Positions 34,472 through 39,964 of a stretch of 44,003 nt of DNA are shown piece after piece. Position 1 is the stretch's first letter. Each line of letters opens with the position of its first letter. The translations under genes were made by a program, and so were the position numbers. Below the pieces are notes generated by a model, which made no database searches, had not been told where the DNA came from, and saw only the letters and a list, made by a program, of their open reading frames with translations. The stretch comes from a virus. The DNA lies in the IMG/VR virus record IMGVR_UViG_3300012964_000007, positions 1 to 44,003 of that record; one strand, given 5' to 3'.

Positions 34472-34795
34472 TTATTCTTTAACTACCACACCCAATGCTT
34501 TAAAGAAATAACCGACCTGCGACTTTTTGATTTTAGTTGAGCCGCCTTTTCCGTAAAATTTTGCGTTCATAAAGTCTGCCCCGCTCAAGTCTGCCCCGCT
34601 CAAGTTTGCCCTATTGTCTTGGCACGCTTCTTTTATGGTGGACTTTTCACTTGTGAACTTGATTTCACTTGTAAAACGATTTTTGATTTCAATACAAACC
34701 TTTTTCTTTTCTTCTTTTGCACTATCTGCCTCGGCGATATATTTGCGTACTTCCTCGAGATTTTCTAACACTGCTTTTTTTGTGATGTTTGTCAT
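34472..34795 (-). CDS. Short pentapeptide-repeat protein (107 aa)
   Basis: C-terminal half NRANLSGADLSGADFMNAKF fits the A(D/N)LXX pentapeptide pattern. Confidence 0.5.
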   Translation of the reverse strand: MTNITKKAVLENLEEVRKYIAEADSAKEEKKKVCIEIKNRFTSEIKFTSEKSTIKEACQDNRANLSGADLSGADFMNAKFYGKGGSTKIKKSQVGYFFKALGVVVKE

Positions 34796-35028
34796 TATGG
34801 TCGTAAAATATTTATCGCTTCTTTTTTAATGGTCTTCATTATCTTTAGGAATAGAAACTCTTTCTCGAACCCAGTTAGGCGGGGTGGCGGGACAAAGAGT
34901 TCTTCGAGGGGGGTGATGATGGTGGCTTCGTCTTCCCTGCGGAGTCTCACTGCTTTCTCGCGTGCGAGGGCTTCGCGGAAGATAGTCTCGCGGTCTTTCT
35001 CTATCGTTATCGTTTCTCTGCGTCTCAT
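34795..35028 (-). CDS. Hypothetical protein (77 aa)
   Basis: ATG ORF with ATGA overlaps on both sides. Confidence 0.45.
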   Translation of the reverse strand: MRRRETITIEKDRETIFREALAREKAVRLRREDEATIITPLEELFVPPPRLTGFEKEFLFLKIMKTIKKEAINILRP

Positions 35029-35162
35029 TTTAATTTGTTTATATATTCAGCAACTCCTTTCCCATAAAAACGCCCTTCTTTTTGCTCGACAGGTTTTATT
35101 GAGATATCCAACTCTACTCCATACATCATCCTCATCCAGTTTTCTATATTCTCAAGTTGCAT
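35025..35162 (-). CDS. Possible mini-protein (45 aa), below the ORF-track cutoff
   Basis: Hand translation: MQLENIENWMRMMYGVELDISIKPVEQKEGRFYGKGVAEYINKLK. Its stop overlaps the next start (ATGA). Confidence 0.3.
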   Translation of the reverse strand: MQLENIENWMRMMYGVELDISIKPVEQKEGRFYGKGVAEYINKLK

Positions 35163-35248
35163 TAATTGTTCGCCTAAGCGAATTGATTTAATGGGCGATG
35201 TTTCTGCTTGTTCTTAAAAGAAATCTTTAATGTTCATTTTAATTAAGA

Positions 35249-35413
35249 TTAGCTACCTGATAAAAGCTGTATTTGTTGTTCGATCTTGGATACTTCCTCA
35301 AGAAAGTGATCGCGGGTAGATCCGGCGCCGGACATCTCTGCGTGGTGGCGGTATTTAGCGGCGAGATCTTGCAGAACTTTAATTTTGTTCGTGATTTCTA
35401 GTTCGTTAGACAT
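35249..35413 (-). CDS. Possible mini-protein (54 aa), below the ORF-track cutoff
   Basis: Hand translation: MSNELEITNKIKVLQDLAAKYRHHAEMSGAGSTRDHFLEEVSKIEQQIQLLSGS. Confidence 0.35.
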   Translation of the reverse strand: MSNELEITNKIKVLQDLAAKYRHHAEMSGAGSTRDHFLEEVSKIEQQIQLLSGS

Positions 35414-35430
35414 GGTTAGTGTTTTTATTA

Positions 35431-35703
35431 TTATCCAAAAATCTTTTTAAGAAACGCTGGGTCTGGTTTTACTCGCTTTGCCTCTACGCGAGCAATCGCA
35501 CGCTCGTGTGCGCGCTCCTGCTGGCGTTCTTTTCTCTTCCTGTTCGCTTCTTTGCGGTTGCGGATTGCCATATCGGCGAGGAACTTCTTCGCTTGTGCCG
35601 GTCCATGCTTGATAGATGCAATGCGTGCACGGCGCGCGTGGCGGTTGCCATCGGGATGTCCGGCTTTATTCATCTGCTCAATACTCTTTGTGTATTTTGA
35701 CAT
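35431..35703 (-). CDS. Arg/Lys-rich basic protein (90 aa)
   Basis: ATG 35703 (MSKYTKSIEQ...) preferred to the longer track start, because it follows the upstream stop by 2 nt. RNRKEANRKRKERQQERAHERAIARVEAKR. Confidence 0.5.
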   Translation of the reverse strand: MSKYTKSIEQMNKAGHPDGNRHARRARIASIKHGPAQAKKFLADMAIRNRKEANRKRKERQQERAHERAIARVEAKRVKPDPAFLKKIFG

Positions 35704-35705
35704 AG

Positions 35706-36074
35706 TTATTTTGCTTGAAAGCCGGGAACTTTCTCGCACGACTCGCGAGACGGCTTAAACTGATCATCGACGTGCGCTTGACGAAGATCCGCGACGGGGA
35801 TCTCTGCCGAAAACGATTCGACGTATTTATCATTCAGCTTCTCATAAATGGTGTAGGCGCAGACATTGCCGACTACCTTTCCGTGAAGCTGTTCGCAAAT
35901 GTTGGAGCCTTTAATATCCTTGTTGCGAAGCTTGTCGACATGCTTGCCGAATTTGTTCTCAAAGGTGTAGATGAGTGCCATGCGAATAATCTCCGATCCT
36001 GTAATGTAACCTTCCTTCTTGAATGCATTGATGATGTCATCGATGCGTTGATTTGTTTCGAATATGATGCGCAT
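35706..36074 (-). CDS. Putative ribbon-helix-helix-type DNA-binding protein (122 aa)
   Basis: ATG 36074 (MRIIFETNQRIDDIINAFKKEGYITGSEIIRMALIY, a strand-helix-helix pattern). The track start at 36146 is a GTG inside a structured GC-rich element and is not adopted. Confidence 0.45.
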   Translation of the reverse strand: MRIIFETNQRIDDIINAFKKEGYITGSEIIRMALIYTFENKFGKHVDKLRNKDIKGSNICEQLHGKVVGNVCAYTIYEKLNDKYVESFSAEIPVADLRQAHVDDQFKPSRESCEKVPGFQAK

Positions 36075-36094
36075 AATATTTTTATTTAATAAAC

Positions 36095-36227
36095 GAGAAT
36101 AACAATCCCATGATGCGTATCTGCCTCGTCGTCGTCCGACCCGCACTCAAGCGGACGTGTGTCCTGCTCTTTCCTGATCAGTCTAACGATAGAGGAAGGT
36201 GGGGCGCACCAGGGGATTGTTATTCTC
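36095..36227 (-). ncRNA. Candidate structured RNA / cis-regulatory leader closed by a perfect 15-bp inverted repeat
   Basis: GAGAATAACAATCCC (36095-36109) pairs with GGGATTGTTATTCTC (36213-36227), enclosing 103 GC-rich nt in AT-rich flanks. It lies between a promoter-like site and ATG 36074. Confidence 0.35.
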
Positions 36228-36278
36228 TATTGAGATTGTAGTTTATTGTTTTTGATATGTAAAGTAAATGTAATGGAG

Positions 36279-36287
36279 TTATCCACA
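36279..36287 (+). promoter_or_regulatory. Perfect DnaA box TTATCCACA
   Basis: Exact 9-mer, located just downstream of the predicted minus-strand promoter. Confidence 0.4.
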
Positions 36288-36297
36288 TATTGTGATA

Positions 36298-36327
36298 ATT
36301 ATGTTACAAAATAACGGGATAAGTCAA
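36298..36327 (-). promoter_or_regulatory. Sigma70-type promoter (minus strand) for the RHH operon
   Basis: Minus strand reads TTGACT (36327-36322) - 18 nt - CATAAT (36303-36298). Confidence 0.35.
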
Positions 36328-36342
36328 GGTAAATATAAAAAT

Positions 36343-36364
36343 AATCCCAATTTTTATTGGGATT
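36343..36364. terminator. Hairpin terminator AATCCCAAT-tttt-ATTGGGATT flanked by A/T tracts
   Basis: Perfect 9-bp stem. On the minus strand it is followed by ATTTTTATATTT, so it would end the upstream early transcript. Confidence 0.5.
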
Positions 36365-36482
36365 TTACTCTCTATGTTGATAGCAAATAATAATTTTCGC
36401 CCTTCATTGTAGTGCCATGATGTTTTGTATTCTTTCCTTGTGTGATTGGTCAGAATATAGCGCATAGCGCTTCGCCTTGGTC

Positions 36483-36745
36483 GCTTGTAGGCGGTTATAG
36501 GGTGAGCGTGGCGCGGTGTTTGGTGTTGGGGTGGTATGTTGTATCATCTTTGTATTTTTAGTGGGCTTGTAGGCGATTTTGTGGCTTCTGTTTTGGGTGT
36601 TGTGTGGATATTGTGGGGTATTTTGTGCCCCGTGAAGGTGGGGATCCTTTAGGGGAAAACAAAAGCCCCCGGCGCTTGTTAGGCGTGGAGGCTCTGTGGT
36701 GGCTCGTGCGGGGCTGTGAGGCGAGGCGTGAGCGATTGTAGGGCG
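36483..36745. repeat. Iteron-like direct repeats GCTTGTAGGCG inside a GT-skewed non-coding tract
   Basis: Exact 11-mers at 36483-36493 and 36565-36575. Variants GCTTGTTAGGCG (36674-36685) and GATTGTAGGGCG (36734-36745). A related GCCGTAGGCG occurs at 37973-37982. Confidence 0.5.
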
Positions 36746-36767
36746 TTGTCGTGATTATTGTTGCGGT

Positions 36768-36944
36768 CTAGTCCTCTAGTATATCGGACTTCCATACACC
36801 GCACTTCGTGCATTTCCCGTAATAGTCCCAATCGTGCTCGCAATGGATACGCTGAAGAGTTTTGAGAATTGAGAGGCTATTCCGCTTGATTGTCTCGTTT
36901 GTGTGGCTTAGGAGTTCGCCAAGGGTTAGGGTTGAGTAGTTCAT
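36768..36944 (-). CDS. Cys/His mini-protein (58 aa), below the ORF-track cutoff
   Basis: Hand translation: MNYSTLTLGELLSHTNETIKRNSLSILKTLQRIHCEHDWDYYGKCTKCGVWKSDILED. Its start lies 2 nt after the upstream stop. Confidence 0.4.
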   Translation of the reverse strand: MNYSTLTLGELLSHTNETIKRNSLSILKTLQRIHCEHDWDYYGKCTKCGVWKSDILED

Positions 36945-36945
36945 G

Positions 36946-37482
36946 TTAGTCGTTCATAATAGTTCCGTCTGCTAAAAAGGTGTACTCGTTTGCTTCACAA
37001 AGTTCTGCAAAGCTTTCCTCGCTGTCTTCGTGCGCAATTTCAGCGTAGCCGTAGCTCTCGAGTTCCTTGCAGATGTTTACATATACCTCGTTGAAAGCAT
37101 TGAGCGGCTCATCCGTTTCCGGTTCGTTGCCCTCTTCGTCTACTATGTCAATGGTTTTGCTATTGTAGTGGTAGTAGTGTCCTTGGTGCTTTACTGTTAC
37201 CGTGTAGCCGTTCCACTCGAACACGCCTTCAAACATTGCACCATCGCCCTGAGAATATGATAATGAGTATAATACCGGCGTTGGCTTCGTGCCGGGCTTG
37301 CTTGTGTCGTTCGTGTCTACTATTCCGTTTTCCTCGAGTAGTTCGTGCAAGCGTTCGTTCATATCGTCGGGTAGAAATGGATAGTCGCTGCCTTTGTTGT
37401 AGTTCTCTCGTGCTTTATCTTTTGCCTTTTGTGTAAGTTCGTCAAAAGTAAAAAGATTATATTCTTTTATGATTGTTTTCAT
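36946..37482 (-). CDS. Strongly acidic early protein (178 aa)
   Basis: Hand count of about 38 D/E versus about 13 K/R. The motif YSLSYSQGDGAMFEG is not assignable by me. Confidence 0.55.
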   Translation of the reverse strand: MKTIIKEYNLFTFDELTQKAKDKARENYNKGSDYPFLPDDMNERLHELLEENGIVDTNDTSKPGTKPTPVLYSLSYSQGDGAMFEGVFEWNGYTVTVKHQGHYYHYNSKTIDIVDEEGNEPETDEPLNAFNEVYVNICKELESYGYAEIAHEDSEESFAELCEANEYTFLADGTIMND

Positions 37483-37484
37483 AT

Positions 37485-37946
37485 TTATTTAGTGTTATCG
37501 CTTCCGTTGATAATGTACTCAGCAAGTAGGCGGATTGCGTTGCGGACCTGCTCGTCGTACCAGTAGGCGCACGCTTGCGATATACTTTCTCCGCCATATT
37601 CGTCCATTGTGTCCGCTATCTCGTTCTCATTGTATACGTTGAGATATGCAAGTCGGTCAGTAATGTAAATACTTGCGCTTTCGTATTCGTTGATTACGTT
37701 GTCTTTGTCGTCGTCTTTGAGTTCTTCAATGGTGTAGTTACAAAAGAAGTCACACGCGTCGCTAAAGATTTGATAATCAAGGTCGCGGATTTCGTAGTTG
37801 TCCATAAAGATGTCTTTAATTGCTTGGCTTGCGTTGTCTTTGAAACAGTAAAAGCGAGTTGATTCGTCGCCAGGTGTGCGCTCTTTTGTTTCCATTGCGT
37901 TCTGTACTTCTGCTTGGCGTGAGCGCTGGTCTTTTTTGTTGGTCAT
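37485..37946 (-). CDS. Strongly acidic early protein (153 aa)
   Basis: Hand count of about 33 D/E versus about 16 K/R. No motif recognised. Confidence 0.55.
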   Translation of the reverse strand: MTNKKDQRSRQAEVQNAMETKERTPGDESTRFYCFKDNASQAIKDIFMDNYEIRDLDYQIFSDACDFFCNYTIEELKDDDKDNVINEYESASIYITDRLAYLNVYNENEIADTMDEYGGESISQACAYWYDEQVRNAIRLLAEYIINGSDNTK

Positions 37947-37953
37947 ATTGTTA

Positions 37954-37981
37954 GCCTACGGGGTATTTTTTAGCCGTAGGC
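37954..37981 (-). other. Hairpin in the 5' region of the acidic-protein gene carrying the GTAGGCG motif
   Basis: GCCTACGG (37954-37961) pairs with CCGTAGGC (37974-37981) across a 12-nt loop. Confidence 0.4.
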
Positions 37982-38072
37982 GGTGATTATGGGGATTTGA
38001 TAATGATTGTACTCCCCTCATTGCGGGCAATTGGGTTGCGGTTGATTGCCGGCAATGGTTGGGTGCAATGTG

Positions 38073-38231
38073 CTATCGGCTGTTGTATTCGTGCATTTGT
38101 TTTTGTTCGTCTTCGGTGAGTTCAGGTATTTCCTCGAGTCCGATGTCATTTGAGCCACACCAGCAGCATTTGAGCTCGCCCTTATCTTGCGAGTATCGCC
38201 CGCATTCGTTGCATAGTTGGCGCGTTTTCAT
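38073..38231 (-). CDS. Zinc-ribbon mini-protein (52 aa), below the ORF-track cutoff
   Basis: Hand translation: MKTRQLCNECGRYSQDKGELKCCWCGSNDIGLEEIPELTEDEQKQMHEYNSR. Confidence 0.45.
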   Translation of the reverse strand: MKTRQLCNECGRYSQDKGELKCCWCGSNDIGLEEIPELTEDEQKQMHEYNSR

Positions 38232-38235
38232 GTTG

Positions 38236-38388
38236 TTAGTTGGTGATGATTAGGAATGCGTCTACTGATAATAGGAATACGAGCCAGAGCGCTACGGCGC
38301 CGGTGAGCTTGATGAGCTTGTGAGCTACGATTGCGTGACGCTCACGGCGCAAGGTGCGGGATGATATTGGTTTTGTGTTATGGATCAT
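38236..38388 (-). CDS. Small membrane protein (50 aa), first ORF of the early operon
   Basis: Hand translation: MIHNTKPISSRTLRRERHAIVAHKLIKLTGAVALWLVFLLSVDAFLIITN. Basic N-terminus followed by a TM helix. Confidence 0.35.
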   Translation of the reverse strand: MIHNTKPISSRTLRRERHAIVAHKLIKLTGAVALWLVFLLSVDAFLIITN

Positions 38389-38414
38389 ATGCTTTTTAAA
38401 TTCGGAGCTTATAT

Positions 38415-38432
38415 CCTTATTTTGTAAGGGTT
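38415..38432. promoter_or_regulatory. Copy 1 of an 18-bp repeat CCTTATTTTGTAAGGGTT containing the palindrome CCTTA-N5-TAAGG (operator candidate)
   Basis: Identical 18-mer at 38910-38927. Lies just downstream of the predicted early promoter and abuts the 12-bp repeat CGGAGCTTATAT (38403-38414, also at 38727-38738). Confidence 0.4.
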
Positions 38433-38443
38433 ATTTAATAAAT

Positions 38444-38452
38444 ATTATACCA
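38444..38452 (-). promoter_or_regulatory. Extended -10 promoter element TGGTATAAT (minus strand) for the early operon
   Basis: Minus strand reads ...TTTGTGGTATAATATT..., about 55 nt upstream of ATG 38388. Confidence 0.4.
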
Positions 38453-38627
38453 CAAATGGGGTATTTTTTCTGCTCCTTGAAATATCATACACCCGATGAA
38501 TGTTTTTTGTCAAATTGTTTTACATATTATGTCAGGGAAATGGGTTGAAAGTCAAGGGTGTTTTTGTACTAATTAAGGAGAATTTTTGAAAAAATGCTTG
38601 GGATATATGAATATAAGCGTTTGTAAT

Positions 38628-38721
38628 TTTACCCCCCTATATGTGTACTATGAAAAGCGTCTTTTTTTTCTAATTAAATATTTTTTTTTAATATCTCTAT
38701 ACATATATGCAGGGGGGTAAA
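38628..38721. repeat. Inverted repeat TTTACCCCCCT / AGGGGGGTAAA flanking a T-tract-rich AT core
   Basis: 11-bp perfect arms at 38628-38638 and 38711-38721, with further imperfect pairing. The core contains T8 and T9 runs. Confidence 0.6.
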
Positions 38722-38909
38722 TCGTCCGGAGCTTATATGTATATTTTTCAAGGCTTTTTGGTTTTTCAGGTGCAAAAATCGTGTCAAGTTTTGCACTGCC
38801 CGGCGGGGTGTTTAGCCCGACCACCCGACCGCCTCACGATCGCCGCGCCTCTATAAACGCATTCTGTGCCCTCGTTTTTGTCGGTTTTTGGTGTTTGATA
38901 TCAAAAAAG

Positions 38910-38927
38910 CCTTATTTTGTAAGGGTT
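38910..38927. promoter_or_regulatory. Copy 2 of the 18-bp repeat CCTTATTTTGTAAGGGTT
   Basis: Exact repeat of 38415-38432. On the minus strand the small hairpin is followed by CTTTTTTGA, so it could also act as a weak terminator. Confidence 0.4.
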
Positions 38928-38928
38928 G

Positions 38929-38994
38929 GCTTGCATGTCGCACACTATAGTCAGAAAATGTATATTGTCCGTCTATGGTGTGCGACATGCAAGC
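38929..38994. repeat. Long hairpin/cruciform: 17-bp perfect inverted repeat extendable to 22 bp
   Basis: GCTTGCATGTCGCACAC (38929-38945) pairs with GTGTGCGACATGCAAGC (38978-38994), then one G-U and 4 more pairs. The loop is about 22 nt. Confidence 0.7.
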
Positions 38995-39162
38995 GCCCGC
39001 CACCCCCTCTATTTTCACTTTTGATTCGTCTCATATGTATATAGGCCTATATATTCCTTATGCTTTCAGGGCTTGAGGCCTCAGGGTACCTCCCGCCATC
39101 GCCCCAAAAAGGGTACCGCAATCGATTCCACTTAATTTAGATGAACAAGGAAAAGGGGACCC

Positions 39163-39195
39163 AAATAAAAAAGGGGACCCATTTTGTATGGATCC
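39163..39195 (-). terminator. Intrinsic terminator after gene 39213-39854
   Basis: Minus strand reads GGATCC-(9 nt)-GGGTCC followed by CCTTTTTTATTT. Overlaps a 13-bp direct repeat AAAAGGGGACCCA (39151-39163 and 39169-39181). Confidence 0.5.
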
Positions 39196-39212
39196 ACTTT
39201 TAAAAATAAATA

Positions 39213-39854
39213 TTACTTAATAGAATTTATAAATTCTTGAAATTTGCTTACACCAATTACTTTAATGTTTTTTCCTAATTTATTTTTTTTATTGCGAACA
39301 GTTTTTTCTATCTCTTCTTCCGGAATAGACTGATTTAGTTGAACAAAATAAATAGGTACTGTTATTTCATTTGGGACCTTTTCTAATTTTTTTAGTTTTG
39401 CATTCAAGCATCCAGTGAAATTCCTTAGATCTGATGGATAAAAGACTTCAACAAAAAACTTTTTATTGAATACGTAAAAATCCATTCTCTGCCTTAAATT
39501 GTCGCTAACCATCCGCTCTCTATGGATGTTTACTTCACCAAATTTTTCAGAAAGATATCGGTGTATTTCATTCTCTGCATCTCTTCCCCTTCTGTTTACT
39601 CTTATACATTTTTCGCTCGCGATTTTTCCTTTTCTAAAATCAACATCTTCTAATCCAATTAATTTTCTGACCTTAACTGTCCCGCCAAACCTTCTCTCTA
39701 ACAACCGGACAGATGGAAGATATTTATATTTGTTTATTTCATCCGATGATGGGTACCTTCCTTTTTCTTTAAAAAATTCTTCAAAACCACTTCTAAGTGA
39801 ATCAATCGTTGTCAACCTTTTACTTGCTGGAGTTGTTTCGTAATTTATAAGCAT
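39213..39854 (-). CDS. AT-rich stand-alone gene (213 aa): homing-endonuclease-associated-repeat-like N-terminus, possible nuclease
   Basis: KGRYPSSDEINKYKYLPSVRLLERRFGG resembles the G..P...e......P....i.rrFGsW repeat seen next to homing endonucleases (from memory). Visibly lower GC than its neighbours and has its own terminator. Confidence 0.4.
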   Translation of the reverse strand: MLINYETTPASKRLTTIDSLRSGFEEFFKEKGRYPSSDEINKYKYLPSVRLLERRFGGTVKVRKLIGLEDVDFRKGKIASEKCIRVNRRGRDAENEIHRYLSEKFGEVNIHRERMVSDNLRQRMDFYVFNKKFFVEVFYPSDLRNFTGCLNAKLKKLEKVPNEITVPIYFVQLNQSIPEEEIEKTVRNKKNKLGKNIKVIGVSKFQEFINSIK

Positions 39855-39918
39855 ATTTAAAATATTTATTTACTAATAAGAATAGTCTATCACAAGATAG
39901 TTTTTGCGACAACCCCCC

Positions 39919-39927
39919 TTATCCACA
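39919..39927 (+). promoter_or_regulatory. Perfect DnaA box TTATCCACA upstream of the late promoter
   Basis: Exact 9-mer, 23 nt upstream of the extended -10 element. Confidence 0.4.
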
Positions 39928-39949
39928 TCTTCCCATCAGCAATAAAGCG

Positions 39950-39958
39950 TGCTACAAT
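39950..39958 (+). promoter_or_regulatory. Extended -10 promoter TGCTACAAT for the late operon
   Basis: TGn + TACAAT ends 6 nt before ATG 39965, which implies a leaderless or near-leaderless terS mRNA. Confidence 0.35.
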
Positions 39959-39964
39959 TTCCTT

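Noticed and set aside
35706-36146. Track ORF start at 36146 giving a 146-aa protein (MRVGRRRGRYASWDCYSRLL...)
   Set aside because: That start is a GTG located inside the GC-rich inverted-repeat element, and the extra 24 residues look non-protein-like. The in-frame ATG at 36074 begins a clean strand-helix-helix motif.
36095-36227. Retron-like msr/msd (a1/a2 inverted repeats) or a known riboswitch/ribozyme
   Set aside because: No reverse transcriptase gene exists anywhere in the genome. I found no hammerhead (CUGAUGA...GAAA with stems), twister, TPP, ZTP or other core motifs that I can recall. It is kept only as an unclassified structured element.
36483-36745. Possible mini-CRISPR array, because of the regularly recurring GCTTGTAGGCG
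   Set aside because: The repeats share only about 11 nt with no extended conserved flanks. Spacing is irregular (82, 109, 60 bp) and no cas genes are present. An iteron/operator-type reading is more reasonable.
38781-39044. 87-aa plus-strand track ORF in the control region (also 38059-38253 and 38354-38548)
   Set aside because: It has a non-ATG start, spans the 22-bp hairpin and GC-rich repeats, has no SD and has an odd composition. The minus-strand mini-ORFs and regulatory elements explain the region better.
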